Made by a program: the position numbers and the translations under genes. Below the pieces are notes generated by a model. The model worked only from the letters and a program-made list of their open reading frames with translations. It was not told the origin of the DNA and did not search any database. From the NCBI GenBank assembly GCA_964188305.1, contig OZ076886.1: DNA of 64,000 bases; one strand, written 5' to 3'. Shown one piece after another: positions 38,250 to 49,525 of this stretch. This stretch comes from Podarcis bocagei. Taxonomy: Eukaryota. Positions within the stretch are counted from its first letter, which is position 1, and each line of letters begins with the position of its first letter.

Positions 38250-39020
38250 TCCCACAAGCCAAGTGTCCTGGAGCCCCACAGGGATGCCGCTGTCCCCTCG
38301 TGCCCGTCTCAGCCCCGCAAGCCCTTCCCGACGCGCAGCCTCCCTCCGTCCCTCTACAGACCCCAGGCACGCGCCCCCACGGATCGGGCGGGAATTCCCT
38401 GCAGCGTCACGCCGCCGCCAGACGCAGCCCTTCGGCAGGCAGGCAGGCGGGCAACGCCGCCCTCCCGTCCATCCACCCGCTTCCCGCCGCGCCGCCAGAG
38501 GCTCTGGCTGCCTCTCCGGCTCGCACACTGACCTGGCGCTGTCAACTCGGCAGCAGGAGAAACTCTTCCCGTCTAGTGGCATGAACTCCCCCGCCCGGCC
38601 CGTCTAGGGACAGGCGCCGCCTCCCAGGGCTCACGGCGCCGCTGCCCCGCCCGCCGGCCAGCCCCGCGTCCCACCCACCCTCGGCGGCGCCCGTGTGGAG
38701 CTGGCCAGAGCGAGGCAGTTTGCGCCTGTCGGGCCAGGAGGCGGAGGAGGAGGCGCGGGGGGCGGAATGCCCACGGGGCCACGCGAGGCCCTTGTGTGGG
38801 AGGGAGGGCGCGCGCGCGTTTGGCGCGCCGTGTGGCGTGCAGGGCGCTGAGGGGCGAGGTGGCGCGGGCATCTGCTCTGCAAATGGACTGGGGCTGGGGG
38901 AAGTGAGGGGCCGTCGAGGCTGTCCCATGGTTCTTCTGTGGCCAAGAGGAGTGGACGCAGCGTGGCCCAAGGGAATAATGCGCGTGGCCAAGGTGCTGCC
39001 GCATGGTCAGGCCATTGGCC
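38250..39020 (-). promoter_or_regulatory. CpG-island promoter with probable first exon (about 38533-38700) of an unidentified minus-strand gene
   Basis: Non-repetitive, CpG-dense, GC-rich block in an AT-rich background. GC box at about 38758, (GC)n NRF1-like run at about 38808, minus-strand CCAAT at about 39014, donor CAG|GTCAGT at 38533/38532. The orientation is inferred. Confidence 0.65.
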
Positions 39021-42000
39021 TACCTTGCGCTGTGCTACCTGCACTGGCTTGGCAGCGGCTTTGCAATGGTTCCTGCGAAAGGTTCTCCCAGCCCTACCTG
39101 AAGATCGAACAGGGGACTATTTACATCCATCCCTAATCTGCCCGCCCCTGTCCTGACTCCCTCAGTTCTCCACCAGGGGCACGGAACCTTCGCTTGCTTG
39201 CTGGACCAAGAGAAATGGTGACTACTGCTCCTCAGGCCCAGGGGTCCGAGGTGGGGGGGGGGCTCCCCAACCTGCTGTGGCCAGAATTAGGGGGACAGTG
39301 AGTGGGTGCCAAAGAGCAGGTCCATTGGCTTGTCTTTTGCAGGAAGCTCTGCACTGACAGCAGCTCCCCAGGGTTTCAGATAGGCGCTTCTCCCTGACAC
39401 ACCTGGAAATGCCGGAAATTGAACCAAATGGAAGCACCCGTGCACAAAAGAAGGCACAGCTGTGTTACCTGTGGTGCAGCAGTTGGGACTGGACGCGCCA
39501 AACCAGAGAGAATGGCTGTGGTTGCTCACTGTCTTGCTATCTGCCCACCCACCCACCAGTGGCATGTCAATTGGGACTGGACCCAGAAGGTACAACATTC
39601 CATTGCAACACCCAGAGGGACTGGGCAGAGGTGCTTCCTACCAGTGTTGCTCACTTGCCTGACGGAGGAGCCCACATTTGCTCACCCACTCCGTGCCTGG
39701 GTGGCAGTGCTGGTCCCTGCCTTATTGCTGCCCAGACATGAGGAGGACAGACAAGTGAGTGGATTGGGCAGCTACTTTGTAGTGGCACTCGCTTGTCTGG
39801 TTTTTTTGGATGAAGAGGAGGAGGAGAGAAGGTGATGCTGTGTAGGTAACAGCAGCGCATCCCAGAGGAGGCCAAAAAGATCCAGGGTGTGCTCCACTAG
39901 CAGTGACATCACCTGCTCTTCAGTGGCAGCTAGTCAGGGGCTGGCACCAATGAGTTCCTGAAGAGGCCTTTGTAGTTGGCTGATAGTGCCCACCTCTGAT
40001 GCCAGCCCTGACTTGAACCAGAAGGCATGGCTAAGGAATGGTAATTTCATTCTTTAGAAAAAGAAATGGAATGGTAAGGCACAAAGCCGGCCTGGAAATT
40101 CTGCAATCTAATTATTTTAACAAAACCTGTGCGGTGGTGAAGAAACAATAGTCTGTATGCATTCAAAAGTGATGTTGCAAAGCCTTTGCCAACCTGGTGC
40201 CCACCAGATGTTGCGGATTACAGCTCCCATCAGCACAGCTATTCTGTTATTGTTGTGTCCCAAAACATATTGGGAGGGGGCCCTAGGTTGACAAAGGCTG
40301 GGTGCGTTCTCGGGGTGGAATTCTTTCTGATCAGTTCTCTCTCCCATTAAGCTCTGTCCATATGAACCTGTGACCAGGAAGCGAGTGCTGCCATTGGCAG
40401 AGTCAGGAAGGTGACAAATTCTCCCTATGTAGCAGAATCTTTCCAATATTATTGTGGGGGTGGGGAGGTGCTATTATGAGAAAGTTGGTAAGGTATGATG
40501 CAACAACATCATGCAAAAGCTCAAGCGACTGTCATTGGATAAGATGCCAACAGGAAACAAAGTGGTTTTCCCCCCTTCCAGGGTTTACGGGTTTTGCATG
40601 ATGTTGTTGCAGAATTGTTGCAAATTTCTTGTTAGGGATCCAGGAGTATTCCCTAGAGAAGCACTTCTGATGCAAGGGGCACTCAATTCCTCAACGTGCA
40701 AGGCGCCATGGATCTGATCCAACCAAAGCGACTGCAGGCCTTGATGTACTAAGGGGCAATGTTTAGTGGTAGGGAAAACTTTGCACTTCTATAAGCACAT
40801 ATAAAAATTGCAGATAGCTAGCACCACCTTTAAAGGAAATCATCCCATCTTTTCGCTCAGGTAGGGCAGATGCCTCTCCGAAGATGATGCTTGCTAGGAA
40901 AGAGTTTCATCATTTGAAAAACAAAGAATGTTTCTTGTTCCGTTACTATTGGTTTTACCTAATTTTTGCAAATTTAATTAAGACCTGATTAAGCCCATGT
41001 CTATACATGTTTGTGAATTGTTTGAAGTGATACTCTTTTTAATTAAACAAAAAGCTTTGTTAGACTCTAATGCTCCCACATTGTATAACTCAAATATGTA
41101 GCTTGAAAACAGGTGTGGGAAAGACTTGGCCCTCCAGATGTTGCCATATTAACAAAGTGTGCCCCTTGCCCTAGGCCCATTTCAAGCAAAACAATAGAAA
41201 TACTAAACTAACTGACCAATCAGGTCGGTTCTGTCCCTCCACCCACCAACAAAAGTCCTGCCCCCCCTAACAAAAATCCTGGCTATGGCCATGGCCCAGT
41301 GGCTTGGCTATGTTGGGCGGAGTGAGCATAGCATTTACCTTCTGCTTAGATCGGTATTGAATCAAATGTGGACCTAGTTCAGCCCCACCAACTTGGGCCA
41401 TATCTGCACACATTTTTGAATTGTGGTATTCTTTTTTAATATCTTTACCTATTCTGGTTACAAAAAGGTTTACAGGAACAATATTGTTTTTCATTTAACT
41501 GGTAAAAAGAAAATATCCATTTAATGGTTGTAATTCTCATAACTGAGTAAAGTGCATCCCAGAGAAGATATTAATGCTTTTATTAGTAAACAATTCCGGA
41601 TTCCAAATACGCACGCACGCATGCACACACGTAACATCTAGCCCAAAGAGAAAATAAATTCTTGTGAGACAATTTTTCTTATTTTTTCTTATTACATTAA
41701 AATTGCTGACACAAAACCATGGTAATGCTTTAACTAATAAATCATTGAACCAAACATAATTTTTCTTTGTAGGTTTTTGGTTAATTCTGGTAAACAAGAC
41801 TGGCACATTAGCAAATTTTTAAAACTTAGTGTTTAAGCATTGATTTTTATTGACAATTTTAATGCATAGTTTATATTCTTTGTAAATAGCTTAGGTCTTT
41901 TATTTACAATTAACTGATATACAGATTTAGTTCAATAAATAAATAATTTACTTGGATCAAATACTTAATCTCATCTTATTTGTGAAACACATTTCATTGG

Positions 42001-42519
42001 TGATTGCTTATGTTGGCTTCATAATCAGCCTTAGTATTTTGGGGTGAAAACTCAGCATAACATAACTTGCAGCTACTTTCTTCCCAAACCCAGATGGGTT
42101 GTGTTGTCTGTCCTATTTATAGATATGCATGTTTCTTCGTTACTTTCATCTTAGGTTATTTACATCACAATTGTATTTATGTCACACAAAACCCCACTTA
42201 GTTCAATTGGACTTCCTTCCATTTAAGTGTGCATAGGATTGCATCCTTAGGTGACCTAGAACTCAATGCTCTGTAAGTTTATATCCGTTCAGTTTCTCAG
42301 GTACTTCTCTGCATGAAGTGAATATATGATAACTGGGTTAAATAAGGGTTTGCACTGTGATTTTAGAAACCGGAGCCATATGCGGCATAAAAGCTAAAAG
42401 GGCATGGAGGGTATATATATCTCTTGAAAACCAGCATAAATTACTGATGACACCAGATTCCTAACAGGTTGATGTTAGACAGCACGGAAGACAATATTGA
42501 ACTTGAGGAGCTCATGGGA

Positions 42520-42790
42520 AATTACATTCATGGGGGAGGCATCTTCTGCCACCTGGGAAATAATAGAACCATTGCAAGGTGATGCCTCCAGCCCCCCAAG
42601 GATGTCAGGGCCCATGATATGGAATATTCACTGAGCAGTTGAGAAGAATCAACAGATTCTTCCCCTCCTTTTTGCTCAGTGAAGGTCATCAACCAAAGTA
42701 GTCTCAGTCTCAAAGGCAGGCCAGAAAGCAAACTGAAATGGAGCCAGAAAATCAGTTCAATCCAAAAGCTTGAATTAAGGTCTATGGAGG
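42520..42790 (-). mobile_element. Degenerate L2-clade RT fragment
   Basis: Reverse strand resembles the ...DFLDPFQSGFRP.FGTETALV..DDL...LLILLDLS.. region, with many disruptions. Confidence 0.55.
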
Positions 42791-44090
42791 ATTGCAGAGG
42801 CTGCTAGAATGTCCACATACTTAATCTCTCCAGGACTCTCTCTCTCTCCAGCCCTGTACTTTTGAAATCTGCAGTGCAATGATACATGACTGCATTTTAA
42901 TAAAATTGTTGGAGTTTATCAGTGTCCAACTGCAGATATTTTATCTTAGACAATGTGGAAACAATCAACATTCCCTTCTCCATCAGCACACAGTCAGACA
43001 GGATACTATGGAACAACAAGCTGGCAATCCAAGCAGTACTAGCCAGTAAGATAACAGTAAAGACAGCTGGTTTTGCATGATCAGAGTTTATGGTTCCTCA
43101 GCAGGCTTGTAGCCACAGCTCAGCCCCTCCTTTCTTTACACAAAGCTCATTATCAAGAATGGTATCAAGCACTTGCACTGCAAGTTTAAAATGCGCTCTC
43201 AGGAACCAGGGTACACAGCAGAAAATGGAGTTGCTAACAAGATATTTATAGTATGCTAAGCTATGATTTATGTTTTTTAATAAAGAAACAAATAAACAAG
43301 GGGGGGGGACACACAACCTATAACCAAATCCAGTTCAGACATGTTGCAAAAAGGTATCTCATCCAAGCTCTGCAGACTATCCATTTTACAAGCATGACAT
43401 CATTTGAGCAAGCTCTTATCGCTGAAACTCTGCTTTAAAAATCTAAACTCTTCTACGTGGGCTGGTTTTCACTGCTTTGTTGTGTCCTGAAGGCACAGCG
43501 CTGCCATCTCGGAGCTACTAGGATCTTCTGCTGCTTTTAAAAATCATTTCAAAAAGCAATTCTCTGCTTCTGTTGATGTTATTGCTTAGTATTTTTTGTT
43601 ATAATGTTCTGTGTTACTGGAATTTTAAAAATATCTTATAGATTTTTCTATGTAAACCGATTAGGGATTTCACATATTAAATAGTATATAAATATCACAA
43701 AGAAATTAATAAATAAAAAGGCTTAGGCATTTTGGGTGGAAACAGTTATCTCTTGTACAGACATTTCAGAAATAATAAGTGGCTAATTAAAAATTCTTTT
43801 TTCGTATAAAATGACATGTAACAATTAATGGAAGACATCTGTCTGGAAAGGGAGCTAAAAGGCACAAACATATTTGTTGGGTAGAATTGCATTGTCATAT
43901 CATGTAAAATCCCCTTCATGGATCACTGCCTTGCCATGGCGAAGGGGCTTGAATAACTCATAGAAGCTATGAGCTATGCCGTGCAGCGCCACCCAAGATG
44001 GACAGGTCATAGTGGAGAGTTTTGACCAAACGTGATCCACCTGGAGGAGGAACCGGCAAGCCACTCCAGTATCCCTGCCAAGAAAACTCC

Positions 44091-46319
44091 ATGGACAAAG
44101 ACAACAGGCATATAAAAGTTATGACGCTGGAAGATGAGCCCCTCAGGTCGGAAGGCGTCCAACATGCTACTGAGGAAGAGCGGAGGACAAGTACAAGTAG
44201 ATCCAGAGCTGATGAAGCGGCTGGGCCAAAGCCGAAAGGACGCTCAGTTGCGGATATGCCTGGAAGCAAAAGGAAAGTCCAATGCTGTAAAGAAAAATAT
44301 TGCATAGGAACCTGGAATGTAAGAACCATGAACCTGGGTAAGTTGGATGTGGTCAAAAATGAGATGGCAAGAATAAATATTGACATCCTGGGCATCAGTG
44401 AACTAAAATGGACAGGAATGGGCGAATTCAGTTCGGATGACCATCATATCTACTACTGTGGGCAAGAAACCCGTAAAAGAAATGGAGTGGCCCCCATAGT
44501 CAACAAAATAGTGGCAAAAGCTATACTGGGATGCAATCTCAAAGATGATAGAATGATCTCGATACGAATCCAAGGCAGACCTTTTAACATCACAGTAATC
44601 CAAGTTTATGCACCAATCACTGGTGCTGAAGAAACTGAAATTGACCAATTCTATGAAGACTTACAACACCTTATAGAAATGACACCAAAGAAGGATGTTC
44701 TTCTCATTATAGGGGATTGGAATGCTAAAGTGGGGAGTCAAGAGATAAAAGGAACAACTGGCAACTTTGGCCTTGGAGTTCAAAACGAAGCAGGGCAAAG
44801 GCTAATAGAGTTCTGCCAAGAGAACAAGCTGGTCATCACAAACACTCTTTTCCAACAACACAAGAGACGACTCTACACATGGACATCACCAGATGGGCAG
44901 CATCAAAATCAGATTGATTATATTCTCTGCAGCCAAAGATGGAGAAGCTCTATACAGTCAGCAAAAACAAGACCTGGAGCTGACTGTGGCTCAGATCATC
45001 AGCTTCTTATAGCAAAATTCAAGCTTAAACTGAAGAAAGTAGGAAAAACCACTGGGCTGGTAAGATACAATCTAAGTCAAATCCCTTATGAATACACAGT
45101 GGAAGTGAGGAACAGGTTTAAGGATTTAGATTTGGTGGACAGAGTGCCTGAAGAACTATGGATGGAGGCTCGTAACATTATACAGGAGGCAGCAACTAAA
45201 ACCATCCCAATGAAAAGGAAATGCAAGAAAGCAAAGTGGCTGTCCAACGAGGCCTTACAAATAGCGGGGGAGAGAAGGCAAGCAAAATGCGAGGGAGATA
45301 ATGAAAGATACAGGAAATTGAATGCAGATTTCCAAAAAATAGCAAGGAGAGACAAGAAGGCCTTCTTAAACGAGCAATGCAAAGAAATAGAGGAAAACAA
45401 TAGAATGGGAAAAACCAGAGATCTGTTCAAGAAAATTGGAGATATGAAAGGAACATTTCGTAGAAAGATTAACATAATAAAGGACAAAAGTGGAAAGGAC
45501 CTAACAGAAGCAGAAGACATCAAGAAGAGGTGGCAAGAATACACAGAGGAATTACACCAGAAAGATATGGATGTCTCGTACACCCCAGGTAGTGTGGTTG
45601 CAGACCTTGAGCCTGACATCCTGGAGAGTGAAGTCAAATGGGCCTGGATGGCGGCTAACAGATTGAGGTTGAATCCTGACAAGACAGAAGTACTGTTTTT
45701 GGGGGACAGGAGGCGGGCAGGTGTGGAGGATTCCCTGGTCCTGAATGGGGTAACTGTGCCCCTGAAGGACCAGGTGCGCAGCCTGGGAGTCATTTTGGAC
45801 TCACAGCTGTCCATGGAGGCACAGGTCAAATCTGTGTCCAGGGCAGCTGTTTACCAGCTCCATCTGGTACGTAGGCTGAGACCCTATCTGCCTGCAGACT
45901 GTCTCGCCAGAGTGGTGCATGCTCTGGTTATCTCCCGCTTGGACTACTGCAATGCGCTCTACGTGGGGCTACCTTTGAAGGTGACTCGGAAACTACAACT
46001 AATCCAGAATGCGGCAGCTAGACTGGTGACTGGGGGCGGCCGCCGAGACCATATAACACCTGTCTTGAAAGACCTACATTGGCTCCCAGTACGTTTCCGA
46101 GCACAATTCAAAGTGTTGGTGCTGACCTTTAAAGCCCTAAACGGCCTCGGTCCAGTATACCTGAAGGAGCGTCTCCACCCCCATCATTCTGCCCGGACGC
46201 TGAGGTCCAGCGCCGAGGGCCTTCTGGCGGTTCCCTCATTGCGAGAAGCAAAGCTACAGGGAACCAGGCAGAGGGCCTTCTCGGTAGTAGCGCCCGCCCT
46301 GTGGAATGCCCTCCCATGA
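44091..46319 (+). pseudogene. Chimeric retroelement ORF: BovB endonuclease and linker fused in frame to the C-terminal region of L2 ORF2
   Basis: Within track ORF 44022..46319 (first ATG at 44091). Junction ...ESEVKWA|WMAANRLRLNPDKTEVL...; no RT catalytic core. Confidence 0.8.
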
Positions 46320-46484
46320 GATGTCAAAGCGATAAACGACTACCTGACATTTAGAAGACATCTTAAGGCAGCCCTGTTCAGGGAAGTTTTTAACGTGTGA
46401 TATTTTAGTGTATTTTTGGTTTCTATGGAAGCCGCCCAGAGTGGCTGGGGAGGCCCAGCCAGATGGGCGGGGTATAAATAATAA

Positions 46485-46514
<30 letters not shown>
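45646..46514 (+). mobile_element. 5'-truncated L2-clade LINE inserted in BovB
   Basis: WMAANRLRLNPDKTE, SRLDYCNALY, QNAAARL, HITPVLKDLHWLPV; 3' UTR GCCGCCCAGAGTGGCTGGGG...GGGCGGGGTATAAAT; (ATT)n tail. Confidence 0.93.
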
Positions 46515-46516
<2 letters not shown>

Positions 46517-48586
46517 GCACTGCTAATAACAAAGCCAGTGGAAGTGATGATAAAAATCCAGCTGAACTATTTAAAATTTTAAAAGATGATGCTGTTAAGG
46601 TGCTACACTCAATATGCCAGCAAATTTGGAAAACTCAGCAGTGGCCAGAGGATTGGAGAAGATCAGTCTACATCCCAATCCCAAAGAAGGGCAGTGCCAA
46701 AGAATGCTCCAACTACCGCACAGTTGCACTCATTTCACAAGCTAGCAAGGTTATGCTTAAAATTCTACAAGGCAGGCTTAAGCAGTATGTGGAACGAGAA
46801 CTCCCAGAAGTACAAGCTGGATATTGAAGGGGCAGAGGAACCAGAGACCAAATTGCAAACATGCGCTGGATTATGGAGAAAGCTAGAGAGTTCCAGAAAG
46901 ACATATATTTCTGCTTCATTGACTATGCAAAAGCCTTTGACTGTGTCGACCACAGCAAACTATGGCAAGTTCTTAAAGAAATGGGAGTGCCTGATCACCT
47001 CATCTGTCTCCTGAGAAATCTCTATGTGGGACAAGAAGCTACAGTTAGAACTGGATATGGAACAACTGATTGGATCAAAATTGGGAAAGGAGTACGGCAA
47101 GGCTGTATATTGTCTCCCTGCATATTTAACTTATATGCAAAATTCATCATGTGAAAGGCTGGGCTGGAAGAATCCCAAGCCGGAATTAAGATCGCCGGGA
47201 GAAATATCAACAACCTCAGATATGCAGATGACACAACCTTGATGGCAGAAAGTGAGGAGGAATTAAAGAACCTTTTAATGAGGGTGAAAGAGGAGAGCGC
47301 AAAATATGGTCTGAAGCTCAACATAAAAAACAACAACAACGAAGATCATGGCCACTGGGCCCATCACCTCCTGGCAAATAGAAGGGGAAGAAATGGAGGC
47401 AGTGAGAGATTTTACTTTCTTGGGCTCCATGATCACTGAAGATGGTGACAGCAGTCATGAAATTAAAAGACACTTGCTGCTCCTTGGGAGAAAGGCGATG
47501 GCAAACCTAGACAGCGTCTTAAAAAGCAGAGACATCACCTTGCCAACAAAGGTCCGTATAGTTAAAGCCATGGTTTTCCCAGTAGTGATGTATGGAAGTG
47601 AGAGCTGGACCATAAAGAAGACTGATCGCCGAAGAATTGATGCTTTTGAATTATGGTGCTGGAGGAGACTCTTGAGAGTCCCATGGACTGCAAGAAGATC
47701 AAACGTATCCATTCTTAAGGATCAGCCCTGAGGGCTCACTGGAAGGACAGATTGTGAAGCTGAGGCTCCAATACTTTGGCCACCTCATGAGAAGAGCAGA
47801 CTCCCTGGAAAAGACCCTGATGTTGGGAAAGATGGAGGGCACAAGAAGAAGGGGACGACAGAGGACAAGATGGTTGGACTGTGTTCTCGAAGCTACAAAC
47901 ATGAGTCTGACCAAACTGCGGGAGGCAGTGGAAGACAGGAGTGCCTGGCGTGCAAATGGATGGATTTAAGATTGGAAAAATTAGAAACCAAAATTGACAT
48001 ATCCTCCCAGCGCTACTCGCAGCTAAGTGTGTATAAGAATGCAGCCTCTGCACATTTACTTGGAAGTCAGTTGCAAAGGGATGGGTGGGGTATAAATAAA
48101 TTATTATTATAAAATTATTATTAGAAGTAAACCATATTTTTCCCTTTGCAGCGTTGTTTTTTAAAAAACAACAACAACAACAACATGAAATTTATTCAGC
48201 ATTTTGGTGCAAATTTTTCCTAATGAAACACATTTGTGATTTTGCCTAGTATACACATTTTTGCAGGCAATTTATCCTAATATGCAATCTTGTATGTTAT
48301 CTTCTTAAATATATTCATATTTTATAGACATTTCCCCTTAGTATGTGCATTTTTGTAAACATTGCAAAATTAAGATAAATGCAGATTTTGAAGGATGGTT
48401 GTGGTTGAGTGGAGCAATTGGAAAAATGGATGAAGAAATCCGCTTCTGCAAGGCTTTGATGATCTGTCTAGACGGTGTTCACGTGGAGGACTTCCCTCCA
48501 TTAGAGCAGCTCCTAGGAAGGAGCAGGAACAGGTCTCATTGGGAGTAAAGAGAAATGGCTGGGGGGAAAGCCGCCTTCTTCCCCAC

Positions 48587-49378
48587 TGTCATGGATGGGC
48601 TGGATGCAGATGAGTGGTGGGAGGCACCAGCAAGGGAATCCCCCAAGGGAAGAAGGCTCAAAGCCAGGGGACTGGTGGTGGGATGACAACGAGTGGTCAG
48701 AGGGAGAAGAAGAAGCAGACTGGGAGGAGCAGCTGTTGGAAGCTGAAGAAGTAACAGTGTTCAGTGAGCAAGAAGAGGTAGTGGCAGAGACCAGTCCAGA
48801 ATCAGAGGTAGAAGCGGAGGCTGGAGAGGAGGTGGACCAAGAGGTAGGAGGCAGGGTGCTGAAGAATCCAGGGGCTCTTCCCCTCCTGCTGAGACCAGCT
48901 CTTCTCCCCATTGGTCTCTCAGAACCCACAGAGGTATGAAGAGGGCAGAGAAAAGACAGGCAAGATGAAGGATCCTGGGACAGGAGGAGACTTAGATAAC
49001 TGGGGGAAGGTGGGGACTGGGAGTTCTCGCAATTGCCTCATTAGGGCAAGATGAGGAAGTCACAGAATCATAGAACTGTAGAGTTGGAAGGGACCCTGAG
49101 GGTCATCTAGTCCAACCCCCTGCAATGCAGGAATATGCAGCTGGTCCATACAGGGATCGAACCTGCAACCTTGGTATTATCAGCACCACGGTCTAACCAA
49201 CTGAGCTAGATCTACTGGGGAGAGTTGCTGTGCTGTTGAGTTCACTGACACCTTGTGAGTTATTGCTGACCTGCCCCCGGCACCTGCCCGGACACCCAAA
49301 AGGCAGACAGGCAGAGCATACAAGCCTGTGGAATGCTCCCAATTGCCACCCATGGTTTGGTGACAGCCTGTCTTGACA
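48587..49378 (+). mobile_element. Probable solo LTR-like repeat
   Basis: Starts TGTCA, ends TGACA (49365 or 49378); purine-rich body; no clear TSD. Confidence 0.5.
49060..49208 (-). mobile_element. tRNA-derived SINE with CR1-type tail, nested in the LTR-like element
   Basis: Minus strand reads TAGCTCAGTTGGTTAGA...GGTTCGATCCC...GGGGGTTGGACTAGATGACC...TTCCAACTCTACAGTTCTATGATTCTGTG. Confidence 0.85.
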
Positions 49379-49388
49379 GGTTGTAAAC

Positions 49389-49525
49389 CAGTGATGGGGA
49401 ACCTGTGGCCCTTTAGATATTGCTGGACCACCATGCCCATAATCCCTGACCATTTATCATGCCGGCTGGAGCAGCTGGCAGCTGGGAGTCAAACAACATC
49501 TGGAAGAACACAGGTTCCCCATTGC
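49389..49525. mobile_element. Palindromic hAT-type MITE, about 135 bp
   Basis: GATGGGGAACCTGTG...CACAGGTTCCCCATT; relatives at about 40180-40300 and 55538-55672. Confidence 0.65.

Larger units (their letters stand above)
43907..47953 (+). mobile_element. Near full-length RTE-BovB LINE, interrupted by L2 and missing about 50 nt at its 3' end
   Basis: 5' GGATCACTGCCTTG...GGCGAAGGGGCTTG. APE endonuclease motifs IGTWNVRT, ILGISE, IQVYAP, GDWNAKVG, IDYIL, SDH. RT motifs FIDYAKAFD, GVRQGCILSP, YADD. Stops at about 46826 and 47152, plus frameshifts. Confidence 0.95.

Noticed and set aside
38031-39156. Multiple Arg/Pro/Ala-rich ORFs
   Set aside because: Expected from stop-poor CpG-island sequence; no recognisable domain.
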